Notes: generated by a model from the sequence alone, not told the origin. A stretch of DNA of 64,000 bases from Octopus vulgaris (GCA_951406725.2 OX597836.1:49290001-49354000), one strand, 5' to 3'; numbered from the stretch's first letter, positions 1 to 15,208 are shown. Translations and numbers: made by a program.

Positions 1-968
1 TGATGATTCCAAGCTCCAGAAGGTCATCAATGGCATGGATGACCGAATAAACCTTCAGTCAGACCTACTGGCTGTTGTCCAATGGGCGGAAAAGAATAAC
101 ATGTTGCTAAATGAAGACAAATTTGAACTGATCCACTTTGGAAGGGAGGACGCTCTGAAACTCCCATACTCTCTTCCTTCTGGAGAAATTCTCATGGCAT
201 CCAACAACATCAGAGACCTGGGAGTAACAGTGGACAACAACATAAGCTGGGCTACACATATAAGCAGCAAAGTTGACATGGCCCGCAGAATGTGTTCCTG
301 GATTCTCAGAACCTTCCAGTCGAGAGATTCCCACGCTATTATCCTTCTCTTCTCCACTTTTGCCCGACCCCACCTTGAATACTGCTGTCCACTGTGGTCT
401 CCCTACACAAAACAAAATATTATGAGAATTGAAGCTCCCCAAAGGTCAATCACAAAAAAGATAGATGGCATGTCAGACCTTGACTACTGGGGTAGACTAG
501 AGAAGCTGAAATTGTATTCACTCCAACGACGCCGTGAACGCTACATTATCTGTATGATGTGGAAAATATTCCACCAGCACTGTCCGAATGATGTTGGCAT
601 CACCTTCAAAATGCATCCAAGGCTTGGACCACGTGCCATCCGTCCACAACAAAAATCTAAATCGCATCACATAACGACAATACGTCACAACTATTTCACC
701 TCAATTGGACCCGCTCTCTTCAACATTACACCAGGGCACGTCAAAAAAGAAACTGACCACACAAAATTCAAGAAGTCGTTGGACAAATTTCTTCAAACAG
801 TACCGGACAAACCACCCACACCCGGATATGTCTCCGCAAACAATAACTCTCTGCTCGAATGGGCCTTGGTGCCCAAATCCTGAACTGAAAGACTTCGCCA
901 GGTGGTGCTATTAAGTTAGACATGGCCTGGGCCAATACTGGCCAAAACCTTTCTAAGTTATTCTAAGT

Positions 969-970
<2 letters not shown>
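1..970 (+). mobile_element. 3' end of a CR1-group (CR1/L2-like) non-LTR retrotransposon: ORF2 C-terminus, 3' UTR and tandem tail
   Basis: Frame from nt 2 reads DDSKLQKVING-MDDRINLQSDL (end of the RT YADD/FADD motif), then RDLGVTVD, RPHLEYCCPLWSP, LYSLQRRRERY, typical of CR1-group ORF2. Stop at 883. UTR hairpin ggcca-atac-tggcc (930-943) and tail (ttctaagtta)x2 at 951-970 running into (TA)n. Confidence 0.92.
2..883 (+). CDS. Reverse transcriptase ORF2 C-terminal part (open at the window edge)
   Basis: Uninterrupted 294-codon frame (including stop) with RT and C-terminal LINE motifs; begins outside the window. Confidence 0.9.
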   Translation, partial: DDSKLQKVINGMDDRINLQSDLLAVVQWAEKNNMLLNEDKFELIHFGREDALKLPYSLPSGEILMASNNIRDLGVTVDNNISWATHISSKVDMARRMCSWILRTFQSRDSHAIILLFSTFARPHLEYCCPLWSPYTKQNIMRIEAPQRSITKKIDGMSDLDYWGRLEKLKLYSLQRRRERYIICMMWKIFHQHCPNDVGITFKMHPRLGPRAIRPQQKSKSHHITTIRHNYFTSIGPALFNITPGHVKKETDHTKFKKSLDKFLQTVPDKPPTPGYVSANNNSLLEWALVPKS

Positions 971-1976
<1,006 letters not shown>

Positions 1977-2349
1977 GGAAAGATATATTTAGTGTGTGTG
2001 GATATGTGTGTATCCATCGTGTTTTGTAGTAGAAAAGGTAGTGCTATGTACGTTGTCGGCAATATGTAATGTGAACAAGTACAGCGAACACACATGCACA
2101 GGAATAAACCGAGAGAGAGGGAGAGAGAGAGAGAGAGAATGATAGAATAGAAGAATAGGAATGATGCTGGAATTGGAAAAGCCGTATATAACTCGTTTTC
2201 TCCTTTTCATTCTTACTTTTCTCTTCCATTCGTTCGTTCTGTCGTTCTTCCTGGGTGAAAACTTAAAAGTACACCGATGACTAGGAAGGTATATACGGTG
2301 GGGTCGATGCTAACGAGCATATGTGCATACACACACACACGTGTGTGTA

Positions 2350-2414
<65 letters not shown>

Positions 2415-2695
2415 TGGTGTTAGTAGTGATGAAGGCAGTAGTAAAAACAGTGGTGGTAGTGGTGGTTTATGGTTGTAGCTGTTTGCAGTTAGGCTGTAGT
2501 GTTGTAATAGTGCTCGTATTGGTTATGGTATTACAGTTTGCTGATGTTGTAGTAATGGTTAAAGTAGTGGCGCTGGTTGTGCTGTCTCCAGAGCCTGTTG
2601 TTGCTGCTGTTGTAGTTGCTTGCGTTGTAGTAAAAAATAAAGACGCTCCATTACAAACTGTTGTTATTACGTTGGGTGGTTACGATTACAAGATG

Positions 2696-2956
2696 CTGCT
2701 GCTGGTGGTGGTGGTGGTGGTGGTGGTGGTGGTGGTGGTGGTGGTGGTGGTGGTGGTGGTGGTGGTGGTGGTGGTGATGCTGGTGGTGGTGGTGATGCTG
2801 GTGGTGGTGGTGGTGGTGTGGTGGTGGTGGTGGTGGTGATGCTGGTGGTGATGCTGGTGGTGGTGGTGGTGGTGGTGGTGGTGGTGGTGATGCTGGTGGT
2901 GATGCTGGTGGTGGTGGTGGTGGTGGTGGTGGTGATGCTGGTGGTGATGCTGGTGG

Positions 2957-2987
<31 letters not shown>

Positions 2988-3400
2988 GCTGGCGGTGGTG
3001 CTGCTAAGCTCATTGTTTTGGTTACGGTAGTTCTATTCATACTTTTGATGGTGGTGGTGGTGTACCTGCTGTTCTGGTTACAGTTGTTGTATTGATTGAT
3101 CGTTGTGGTGGTGGTGGTAGTAGTGGTGGTGGTGGTGATGAGAGTATGTTAATGCGTGCGCGCGAAACACAAAAACGAAACCGAAAGAATCTCCTCCCAT
3201 TCCCGTGATGCTGCTGAGGGGGAGAAGGAGCAGGGTGGGTAATTGCTTGGTGGTGGTGGTGGTGGTGGTGGTGGTGATGGTATTTTATGAAAGGAAGGGA
3301 AGGGGTTGGTGGAGAATGAGACTTTGTGTGCTGTTGGCAGAGGCGGCGGCGGCGGCGGCGGTGGTGGTGGTGGTGGTGGTGGTGGTGGTGGTGGTGGATT
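2696..3400. repeat. (GGT)n-rich trinucleotide low-complexity region
   Basis: Long GGT runs with GATGCT interruptions. Confidence 0.9.
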
Positions 3401-3564
3401 TGGTGGTGCTGATGCGGAAGAAGGCAATATTTAGGATGACGATGTATTGGAGAAAGAAAGAGCGAGAGAGAATTAGTAAAGTGAAAGTAGAAAACATGAA
3501 CGGCAGGGAAATAGCGAAAAGGAAAACGGAAGATTTTTTTATAAAGTTAGGGACTTTATGACCA

Positions 3565-3608
<44 letters not shown>

Positions 3609-3830
3609 GCGCCCGATCGTTTGTTCTATCACGATGGTCATAGCATTCCAATTCTGACCATCCCACCTTTTTATTCAGATAGAGCCATATCTGGGGCCCA
3701 CTCCAGTATCCTATAGCCTTCCCCTCTTTTTTTTTCTTTGTTAGGTAGCGTGTTTTTGAGAAGGGTAGGATATTTAGTTGTTATTTCTTGCTGGTAGAGA
3801 GACCTCGTAGAAGTCCCCTCGTCGATTCAG

Positions 3831-3870
<40 letters not shown>

Positions 3871-3892
3871 TATATATGTGTGTGTGTGTGTG

Positions 3893-3925
<33 letters not shown>

Positions 3926-3960
3926 ATGTATATATATATATATACGTGTGTGTATATGTA

Positions 3961-4005
<45 letters not shown>

Positions 4006-4143
4006 GTTAAAGTGAGAATATATGATGAAAGAGGGAGGAGAAAGAGCTTAAGAGAAATAGTGATGAAAAGAGGGTTCGATGATGGGGAAGGAGAGAAAAG
4101 GCGAAGAGGAAGAGGCGATGGTGTAATTGTGATGAAGAGAGGA

Positions 4144-4174
<31 letters not shown>

Positions 4175-4499
4175 AGAGCAGGGGAGAAGGCGAAGTGAAG
4201 TTTGACTAAGTAAGAGCTTAGTAACGATTGCGTCATACAGTCTTCCCTTAGTCATAGGAAGACGTTTATTGGAGCTCCAGCGGGAAGGGGGGAGGGGGGC
4301 TATATAGAGATATAGAGAGAGGGGGAGAGTGAGGCCGTGAAGCAGAGAGAGAGAGTGAGTTGGATGGAAAAGGGTGAATGAGGCAGTGGGAGAAATTAAA
4401 AGCATTGGGGTGGAAGTGAGAGGGGGAGGATATGGACGGACCAGGAGGGGAGAAGGCAAAGCAGGAAGAAGAAACAGTCCACGGCCGTCATATCAACAG

Positions 4500-4545
<46 letters not shown>

Positions 4546-4671
4546 GCGCGCGCGCGTGTATGCTTAAACGTATATGCTTTTGTGTCGTGTGTACACATTT
4601 TTCATTGCGTATGTTAATGCGTGTATGATTTATGTTGCTCTCTCTTTCTCCCTTTCTATGACTGCGTGTGC

Positions 4672-4724
<53 letters not shown>

Positions 4725-5150
4725 TTGTATAACAACTTTGCTACATGTCCTCCTTATCCATATTCATTCTGACACATACATGGAAAAAAAAATACGTCGA
4801 AATTATTTTAACGAAAAATTAATATTTGTACATTGCGCAGAAAACGTGAAATTACAACACGTAAATATTATTATTATTAAGACAAATATTTGTATTTTGC
4901 GCGACGCAGTCCTCACGTCTAGATTCGATTACAGAGAACAATAGGCTCTCTCCGTCCCTTCCCCCCCTCTCTCTCTCTCTCCTTATATATATATATAAAG
5001 TGTGTGTGTGTGTGTGTAGTCTTCAGTATACACAAGGGGGAAAGAATAAGAAAGGAACTCAATACCGAAAAGTAAGAGTTTCTGTAATTTATTGGAACCT
5101 GGGGAACTTTATAAATCGTTAAAGAGATATTCGCGTTGCCGATTTTTGCA

Positions 5151-5188
<38 letters not shown>

Positions 5189-5232
5189 GCGCCACTATCT
5201 TCCTTTAATCTTTGGTTTATCTTTTAAAGTAA

Positions 5233-5282
<50 letters not shown>

Positions 5283-5465
5283 ACTCACTCTTTTCACTCT
5301 TTTACTCTATCAGTATCCAGATTTCTCCGTGTTCCTCCTTTTCTATCAGAATCTGATGAATATTGAGACAGAGAGAGGAGGCAGGAAAGATGATGATGAT
5401 GATGGAGATATAGAGGGAAAGAAAGGAGGAGAAAAAAGACCTTAAAGGCCGTTACATGAGTGCAG

Positions 5466-5514
<49 letters not shown>

Positions 5515-5673
5515 TTTTACCCGCCACCCATCCTTTTTGTGTATGTGCAGTATATTAACCATGTAACGAGTGTGGTGTTGCGACCCTGGCCTCGAAACCT
5601 TTCGCTCTCTCTCCTTCGTCCTTCCCCTCTCTCTCTCTATCTCCCTCTCTCTCTCCACAAAATTCTAACAACA

Positions 5674-5998
5674 CTATTGACCCGAGTCGCATTCTTTTTC
5701 AATTTTTTCCCTCTCTTGTATACAGTTCAACACACACACATGTAATAGCGACCGACATATTTTTTTCTTGATATTGACCCGAATTACTATTTACATGCGC
5801 AATCAGCGACCTCAGCCTCCTTCCCCATGACCACACACACACGCGTGTATATATATATACACACATACACACACGTATGTGTGTATGTACATGTGTACAC
5901 ACATACACCGCACACTTTAAAACCATTTCCCCCGCCTTGCCTCTTGTTTCTCTGCATTATCTCTATCGGCATATTTCTGCTATTGATCCGAGTTACTG

Positions 5999-6052
<54 letters not shown>

Positions 6053-6287
6053 TGTGTGTGTGTGTGTGTGTGTACATCGCTGTAAACAAGGAAAAAGTAC
6101 TCGATGGTAAGAGTAGCAATATAGAGCCGAGCAATATTATTGGAAAGTGAAACTTTGCTACCCTAAAACCACGACTGTTTTCCTTTGGCAGGGAGTTCAC
6201 ACACACACACACACACACACGTCAGCCCCCACCCCGATTTCGCTTCGTCTTCTATCTATCTATCGACATATTTCTGCTATTGACCCG
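5674..6287 (+). repeat. Dispersed ~30-bp motif (tctatcgacatatttctgctattgacccga), 3-4 copies
   Basis: Copies at 5674-5687 (partial), 5753-5788, 5962-5997 and 6259-6287. Confidence 0.75.
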
Positions 6288-6616
6288 GATAGATTTCAAA
6301 ATATTGCCAACAACTGCCAAACGTAACGCACAACTGAGGAAGGAGGAGGAGGAGATGGCGGCGGCGTTGGTTGTTGTTGTTGTTGTTGTGTTGGAGCGCG
6401 GGAAAGCATTGGGATGGATGTTGGTTGATGCTTGTAGCAGAAGAAGAAGAAGAAGAAGAAGAAGAAGAAGAAGAAGGATAAAGCCTGAAAGTGGATGGCG
6501 AGAAGAATGAAGGTGACAGAGGGAATGAATTAGGGACGAAGAAAGCATGTGTGAATGAAAGTGCAGGGATAAAAATGTGATGAATGAATGAAAGAGATGA
6601 ATGAATGAAGGATTTT

Positions 6617-6662
<46 letters not shown>

Positions 6663-6754
6663 AGTCATAGAAGTTATGAAAGAGAATAAGGAGTGGATGG
6701 GTGGCTGTATAAATAAATGTGGTAAGGATGGGTGGATAGCTGGATGATTGGACA

Positions 6755-7020
6755 GGTAGGCGAATAGGTAGATGGGTGGATAGGTAGATAGGTAGAGACA
6801 CATGGGTGGGTAGGTAATAGGTAGGTAGGTAGATGGATGGATGGAGAGATGGAGAGAGAGGTAGATAGGTAGGTAAGTAGGTAGACAAATGGATGGACGG
6901 ATAGGTAGATAGGTACAGAGAAAGAGAAAGGTAGATAGATGGGTTGGTAGATAGGTAGGTAGATAGGTAGATACATAGGTAGATAGATACCTTGATAGAT
7001 AGGTAGGTAGGTAGGTAGGC
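6755..7020. repeat. (TAGG/TAGA/TGGA)n tetranucleotide low-complexity region
   Basis: Direct reading. Confidence 0.85.
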
Positions 7021-9020
7021 AAATAGTTAATGTAGGAGAAAGACTGAAAGACAACGTAAATACATAAAAATGTGTGTGTGTTTATAGGTGTGGCTGCACA
7101 GGTATGGTATTGTAGCTATGTGGAAACATTCGGTTAGTTGGGCGAATTGATGTAGATTTGGTTTATAAATATAAATGGTTAGATTTGTATAGAAAGTAAT
7201 TTTTGACAAGTGGAAAGAAAGAAAAGAACGAAAAGTCAGGAATGAATGCCTCGAAGTAGAGAGTAATGTGGTTATTTTGTTGGTTTCGAGGAATGAAAGA
7301 GAGAAAGCAGAACTGTGACAAAGGAAAGATTGTTGAGAGAATGCGAATGGCAGAACATAAACAAGGATGGAACTGTGACAAGTATATTGCGAAAGAATGA
7401 GGAATTGTGAGGAGATGTAATAATGGAAAGGGAAAACGAACGGCAGAACGATTTATTAAGAAGAGCTAAGAGAAAATAGTGAAGGAAATTTAAAGAATAT
7501 TAAAGGAAATCAAGAGAAAAGAAAAGAAAAATTGTTCAAATGATTTGTTAAAAAAACTGTAAACGAATAAAGTTAATTGTAAAATAAGCCTGAACGAACG
7601 ATGGAATGAAAGTTCAGCGATTGAGTAATGGTAACGAATGATAAGAAAAGAAAATGATTTTTGTGAAACGAAAGAAAGAAGGAAGGAATGAGGTCGAATG
7701 AAGAAAACGTAAGGTAATGGTTTTTTGAGAAGATTGAATGAAGGAAACGAAAAATTATTTGATTGATGAAAGAAGGAGAATTAAATGAAAGAATCGAATG
7801 AAGATTGATTGAAAAACGAAGGAACAAAAAAAGAGAATTTGTTGTAAAAACAGCAAAAAATTGTTATAAAACAAGAAGAGGTAAAAAAAAAAAAAGAATT
7901 ACGAAAGAGAGGAAGAGAAAAAGGCATAATTAAAGAAAATAGAATTAAAAAGAAGAAATTCTTTTAATGTTTAGAAAAACGGCGATGAAAGAAAAGAAAA
8001 AAGAAAAACGATAAGTGGGTAATAAGTGTATGGAAGGAAAGAAAGAAAGAACTAATTGATGATGTTGGGGTTGCCGGTGGCGATGATGAAGAATTAATGA
8101 AGGAGGAGGAGGGGGGACGGTGGTGATAGTAGCAGAAGCGGAGGAGGAGGAGGAGGCGAACTAGAAAAAGATAAATCTAGGTCACATGGAAGTGTACCAA
8201 CAATAAGGGGGATGGACAACAATTGCATCATCACAATTATCATCATCATCACCACCACCACCACCACCACTACTACCAGCAGCAGTATGTAGGAATAACG
8301 GTGGCTGTATGTGGACGCTCGATATGGTAGAAATAACAGCCAAATATCGCTGGTCGCACTTCTGTCTCTACCGTCCATTTATATATAAAGGAAGGACACG
8401 TTGTCGAATAAAATTCCTGGGGTACAAAAATGTTAAAATAAATAAATAATATAGGACGGTCGTGGCTGGAACGGGGTTTTTTCTTTATTTATTTCCTATC
8501 AGTGCTTTGACCTGGGGTTAATTAACAGTTAATTACACAGCTTATTACAGAGGAAGGACACATTAGATTATTTCATTTGAGGTAAAGAAAAATAAACTCT
8601 ATGCAAATGGGAGGGTCACGACTGGAGCGTGCTCGATTAGGGCTGACCTTGCCTTAAACCACCAACAACAGCATCAACCACTCTATCGCTGAACATCATC
8701 ATCATCATCATCATCATCATCATGTTCGACATCATCATCATCGTCATCATCGTCATCATCATCATCATCACAATCAGCAACAACAACAGCCGCAGCAACA
8801 TCTTAAGTACTTTTTTTCGTCTTCTTTTTTCGTGTTTTATTTTCATTTTTTCCTCCCTAGTTATGTCCGTTCTCAATGTGCGTGTATATATATATATATA
8901 TATATGGATATATATATATATATGCATGTGTTTGCATGTATGTGTATAGGTGTGTATGCATGAGTGTTTGTCTGTATATTCGCATGTATGTATACATGTT
9001 CCTATATGTATGTTTGCACG

Positions 9021-9057
<37 letters not shown>

Positions 9058-9294
9058 ATATGAGTATGTGTGTGTTTGTCACTAGCAGAGTGACAAGACT
9101 CCTTTGTTTGAGTCAAGGCAGTTCCAGGGTTTAGGGAGTGTGTGTGCGGGTCTATGTGTGTATGTATAATGGATGGATGTGTATATATCGATATACATAC
9201 ACACTGTACTGGTGGATATATAATTTCTCATACATCAATGAGCCCCGATTACATTTTAATATGTGTCTATACTCCTCTCTCTCTCTCTCTACAC

Positions 9295-9331
9295 GCACAC
9301 ACACACATACATACATACATATATATATATG

Positions 9332-9413
<82 letters not shown>

Positions 9414-9420
9414 TATATGC

Positions 9421-9459
<39 letters not shown>

Positions 9460-9553
9460 TGTATATATATATATACATGTATATATATATACATACATAT
9501 ATGTATGTATGTATGTATATATATGTATGTATATATGTATGTATATATGTATG

Positions 9554-9586
<33 letters not shown>

Positions 9587-9614
9587 GTATGTATATATAT
9601 ATATATATGTGTGT

Positions 9615-9645
<31 letters not shown>

Positions 9646-9724
9646 ATGTATGTATATATATATATGTGTATGTATGTATATATATATATGTGTATGTATG
9701 TATATATATATGTATATGTATATG

Positions 9725-9755
<31 letters not shown>

Positions 9756-9934
9756 GTATATATATGTATATATATATATATGTATATGTATATATATGTA
9801 TGTATGTATATATATATGTATGTATATATATATGTATGTATATATATATGTATGTATATATATATATGTATATATATATATGTATGTATATATATATATG
9901 TATGTATATATATATATATGTATGTATATATATG

Positions 9935-9968
<34 letters not shown>

Positions 9969-10050
9969 TATGTATGTATATATATATATGTATGTATATA
10001 TATATATGTATATATATATATATGTGTATGTATATATATATATATGTATG

Positions 10051-10112
<62 letters not shown>

Positions 10113-10150
10113 TGTATATATGTATGTATATATATATGTATATATGTATG

Positions 10151-10181
<31 letters not shown>

Positions 10182-10198
10182 GTATATATGTATATATA

Positions 10199-10255
<57 letters not shown>

Positions 10256-10265
10256 AATATGTATG

Positions 10266-10296
<31 letters not shown>

Positions 10297-10312
10297 ATAT
10301 ATATATAATATG

Positions 10313-10343
<31 letters not shown>

Positions 10344-10412
10344 ATATATATATATATGTATGTATGTATATATATATATGTATGTATGTATATATATATA
10401 TAAATATGTACG

Positions 10413-10443
<31 letters not shown>

Positions 10444-10490
10444 ATATATATATATATGTATGTATATATATATATATATGTATATATATG

Positions 10491-10541
<51 letters not shown>

Positions 10542-10620
10542 GTATGTATATATATATATGTATGTATATATATATATATATATGTATATATATGTATATT
10601 TATATATATGTATATATATG

Positions 10621-10661
<41 letters not shown>

Positions 10662-10677
10662 ATATACATATATATAT
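9295..10677. repeat. ~1.4-kb (TA)n/(TATG)n microsatellite
   Basis: Direct reading. Confidence 0.95.
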
Positions 10678-11004
10678 AGGAGTGACTGTGTTCCAGGTTC
10701 AGTCCCACTGCGTGGCACCTTGGACAAGTGTCTTCTGCTATAGCCCCGGGCCGACCAAAGCCTTGTGAGTGGATTTGGTAGGCGGAAACAGAAAGAAGCC
10801 CGTCGTATATATGTATATATGGGTGTGTGTATATGCGTATGTGTGTTTGTCCCCTCACCATCGCTTGACAACCGATGCTGGTGTGTTTACGTCCGCGTAA
10901 CATAGCGGTTCGGCAAAAGGGACCGATAGAATGAGTACCTGGGGTCGATTTGCTCGACTAAAGGCGGTGCTCCAGCATAGCCACAGTCACATGACTGAAA
11001 CAAA
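10678..11004 (+). mobile_element. tRNA-derived SINE, family A (head partly deleted)
   Basis: B-box-like ggttcagtccc; CORE-like ggcaccttggacaagtgtctt; internal (TA/TG)n; 3' end gcggtgctccagcatagccacagtcacatgactgaaac. Matches other copies in the window. Confidence 0.85.
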
Positions 11005-11074
11005 TATAGATAACCCTTTTCATCCGTTTCTTCCTCTTCTTTCTACTGAAATCTAACAAGGGAAAGAGGGGTGC

Positions 11075-11500
11075 CAGCCTCCACGTGGTCGCTGGACCTT
11101 CTAGAAATAGCAACACTATCTCCCTTTTATCACGCCTCCTCCCCCCTTAATCTCATTATATATTTTTTATTGATGAAGGCCACGTTAGGCACTATACTTC
11201 GTCTCTGCATTAATTTACATGATGGCATTTCTTGGCATGGTCATGGCTGGACCGTCTTTGATCCATAAGCGTGCTCGATCAACAGTTAAATACTATTATC
11301 GAGTCTCAACAAACACAACAACAACCCGATAGAAGAGGCTCCATGTAGTCGTTCGACTTGCTAGAAATAGCTGCCAAATCTACCAACATACTCTGCACTT
11401 TATGTGACAGCATAAGGTACATGGTTGTGGGTCTTCAGTGCAACAAATGGAGTGGTCACCGTTGGAATATCTTAAGGTCTCTTCGATCAGGCACTAAAAA
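11075..11500 (+). mobile_element. Two copies of an abundant dispersed repeat (family D; core ctagaaatagcagccaaatct, (caa)n-like end)
   Basis: Same core recurs at about 3620-3815(-), 12500-12610(-), 16040-16165(-), 27110-27150(-), 31155-31340(+), 34735-34930(+) and 34960-35040(+). Class uncertain; probably a retroposon. Confidence 0.6.
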
Positions 11501-11524
11501 ACGACGACGATTACAATGTTTATT

Positions 11525-11900
11525 CTGAGTCGTTCGTGCGTCGAACAAAATACAGTGCGATATTTGTAACGCGACTTCGCGTTCCGATTTCAAATCCCAT
11601 CGCGGTTGACCTTGCCCTTCCTCCTCCCGGGGCCGATAAAATAAAGTAGTAGTTGAGTCCGGGAGTAATCATCTTACCCTCAAAACATGCTGGTCTTTCC
11701 GCGTAGATTAGAAACCGAGTTTCTAGACTCATTAGTGCGTCGAACAAAAAATGCCTTGTGATATTCAGTTACAATTCATTAAGTCGTATGGCATCGAGAT
11801 CGATAAAGTACCCGTGAAACACTGAGGATCAATGGTATCGATTAACCAGCCCCTTCCCCTCAAAATTACGGATTCTCTGCCGAAACGGAAACTGTTATTA
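11525..11900 (+). mobile_element. Two tandem degenerate SINE family B copies
   Basis: ttcaaatccc B-box, ccttgcccttcctcctcccggggccgataaaataaagtag core and cccctcaaaatt tail, as in the intact copy at 31998-32202. Confidence 0.65.
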
Positions 11901-13669
11901 ATCATTCAAACTTTGTCAGTTCGCTTAAAAGGCATGAACATCACAACCTCTCACCCCATTTCTTCTCTTGCCATTTCATCAACGAATGGCCCACCACACC
12001 CGATTTGCTGTGGCGACGAGTTGATTCCATGACGTTGCAGTTTCGAATCTTGTTGGAAGTTAGTTTTAATTCTTTCCCCCTCTCTCCCCCTCTCTCAGGA
12101 AAGCCATTAACACCACGACATCACTGTTTCCCCGCAAAATATAAAGACGACTTTGAAGCTCTACAAAAAAGCAAAAACAACCCCCCTTTATTTTTCTATT
12201 TCATTTATTCTCAAGAAATGTTAAAAAATTTCTTTGGGCGAGGCATGAACACCACGACGCCGTTGTCGTTTCTTTTCGATTTATTGTTGTTCTTCATTCA
12301 CTTATTTCGTTTATTCCACAAAATTCGAAGCCGCTTTCAATTTCAGGTTTGAATGGAAATGCATGAACAACACAACACCCTCACTCCATCTTTACCAAAA
12401 ACACAAAAAAGAACATGTTAAACAATACCAAACTTGCCGCCTTTTTCCCTCCCTGTTATGCTTTTCCTCCTCCTCCTCCTCCTCCTCCTGTTGTTGTCAG
12501 GCCCCGATCTAGCAGGGCCTTAAAAACCAAAGACATTCTACACTTCACGGGGGAAGGGGATATTTAGCTGCTATTTCTTGCTGTTCACGCTACCACACAG
12601 AGGCTCTTTCATTGATTCGTTGGAAAAACGTTGTTGTTGTTGTTGTTATCGTTGCTGTTGTTGATACAGTTTGTGATGATGATGATGATTGTTAAAACAT
12701 TGATTTTTCTATTCGTCCTTCGTTCTACTTTCATCTTACCATCATTATTCTTCTTCCAATCATTACCACCACCACCACCAATACTACTACCTTTGTCGCT
12801 CTCCTCGCACTAATCCTCTTCACTCCTACCTCAGTTGTACTATTAACTTTTCCTGATGCTTTTTACTCTCTCTCACTCCACCGAGCTCTCCCTCCTTCTC
12901 CAAATATGATTATTGTATCGTCCACTCTACACTTGCACTCGCGCACGCAATCATACCTGTACACACACACACATACACACACACAATGGTGTCTACACAT
13001 CACTTTGAACACTTCTGCGTCACTCAACGCTTCTCAACTTTTCGCTATTGGTTCTACGTTGTGTGTGTGTATGTGTGGACATATATTTGTATACACACAC
13101 ACACACACACACACAAGAGTTCTGCTCCAAGATGCTCTGCGATACATCATCAGTGTTGCTACTAGGGTTTCAGGAGGTTTCGGCTCTTTTAACACCAGAC
13201 CTCCTTGCTCAGTTCATACAGTGTGTGTGTGTACACATTTGAGGTTTATGATTATTTTTGTTTATTTGCATTGAAGTAAATGCAAATCTTGTCAACTCAA
13301 TCGAATTTCGATTCAATCGATGACTTTAGATTATTCTCTCTTTGTTCCGTTTTGCTTTGATAACACAAATTACCTTCTTCGACCAGTAATGTTCCCTATC
13401 CTTTCTCTATTTGTCAAATGTCTACTAAATCCAATTTCAAAGACAGCAAACGTCAACGCTATGATGATGACGGCTATTGAAGTAGAAACACGAACTCAGA
13501 GTTGTCCTACCTTAGAAGCGAAAATCGGTTTATCGTTTTCTTCCTAGCAACATAAAATCATGTAGAAATGTTGCTTTAAAATTATCTCCCCTTGGCATTC
13601 AATATCATTAACAATCACCGTTTACTTCTGGCCGATCAAGAAATTGTAGAGGGATTCGAACAAACAAAA

Positions 13670-13711
<42 letters not shown>

Positions 13712-13804
13712 TTCAATACACAATAGCTTTATATCTGCGTTACTGGATGAGTTATATGCTCAGCTTGTACAATGATCGAACCGGCTTGTATAGCATAGCT
13801 GGGG

Positions 13805-13855
<51 letters not shown>

Positions 13856-14096
13856 CCCTGATGATCCAATGCAGAATTCCGAAGAACTGCAACGAGGAAA
13901 CGTAGACAGGAAGTAAATATTTTTCTACTGTTGTTTATCTTACCCTCGCTCGCCGCTGTACCGTGGGTAGTAACCACACGGCGGATGAGGACAGTGGTTG
14001 ATTGTCCTCTGTATTGGAAGCTGACCGGAGGAGGAGGAGGAGGATGATGATGATGTATGTGACGCTCTGTCTCATACAGTGATAGTTGTACATCTC

Positions 14097-14145
<49 letters not shown>

Positions 14146-14211
14146 GCACGCACATTTTTTCTTGTGTTTACAGTTAGGTGTGTGTGTGTGTGTGTGTGTG
14201 TGATATGCGAC

Positions 14212-14680
14212 TGACGTCATAAGACTTGATAAACTTTCGGGTGGATGTGATGTAACTCTCCCTTTGGTCTTTTCGGTGGACTTCGACATTTTCTGTCGAA
14301 AAGAGATTTCACCGCAATGTTTTACAGGGTACTTTATGCATGCTTCGAGATCCATTATTCCAAAAACGAACTTATGTGTGTGCGTATACACACACACACC
14401 AAACATCCACACACACCGATGTAGCGTTGCTATCTGTGTTGAGAGTTTAGAAAGCACCGAAAGGAATAAAGCGAGAGAAGGGTGGATGTACCCTGATGTC
14501 ATTCTAGTTATAAATAGAATTGCTGAATAAATAGACTCACACACGCACACGCGCACACACGCATGCACACGTACCGCATCACCTACCAGGAAATAGATTT
14601 GTTTCGTTAAAGGTGACCCAGTGACCTAAAGAGAGAGAATTCGGCACGTAACCGTCGCCGCCGCCGCCGCCGCAGCTAGT
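14212..14680. promoter_or_regulatory. Candidate promoter/enhancer: CRE, D-box, Rev-erb DR2, adjacent GC-rich (GCC)n
   Basis: TGACGTCA at 14212-14219; GTGATGTAAC (E4BP4/PAR consensus RTKAYGTAAY) at 14247-14256; AGGTCA-CT-GGGTCA on the minus strand at 14614-14627; (gcc)n at about 14657-14673. Motif evidence only. Confidence 0.4.
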
Positions 14681-15208
14681 GCTGCTACCCACCACCACCA
14701 CCACCACCACCACTATTACTAGGACTGCTACTATATCTGCTGCTGCTGCTGTTTGTTCTATTATTGTTGTGTAGCGGAAGCGTGTGCTGTTTGCATCATG
14801 AGGGGAGATGGCGGCGGGATGCGTTTAAGGTGGCGGTGGGAGAATATTGTTATTGTTGGTGCTGTGGTTCGGCAAAAAAAGTGAACCTATCGTCTTCGGT
14901 TTCTATTTCTCACTGGCATTCGTCTTTATTTACTGTTATTGTTGGTGGTGGTGATGGTGTATTTGTTCGACGCACCGTCAGTGAAATCGATTTCATCTCT
15001 TCTTTCATTCTGTCCTGCATTTTTGTTGTTGTTTTTATACAGTAATCGATAAAATTAATTCGGAAATGCATGAGTGTCACAACTTCTTTCATTTTTCTCT
15101 GTTCTCTCATCTTCGTACCCCCCCCCCACCAATAAAAAAACCTCCGCCTTCTTTCATCTCCATTAGCGCTAATTAGGAAAGGTATGAATGATAACCATCA
15201 CCATCGAG

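Noticed and set aside
7100-8100. 1-kb purine/A-rich stretch
   Set aside because: Low complexity with no periodicity or coding signal.
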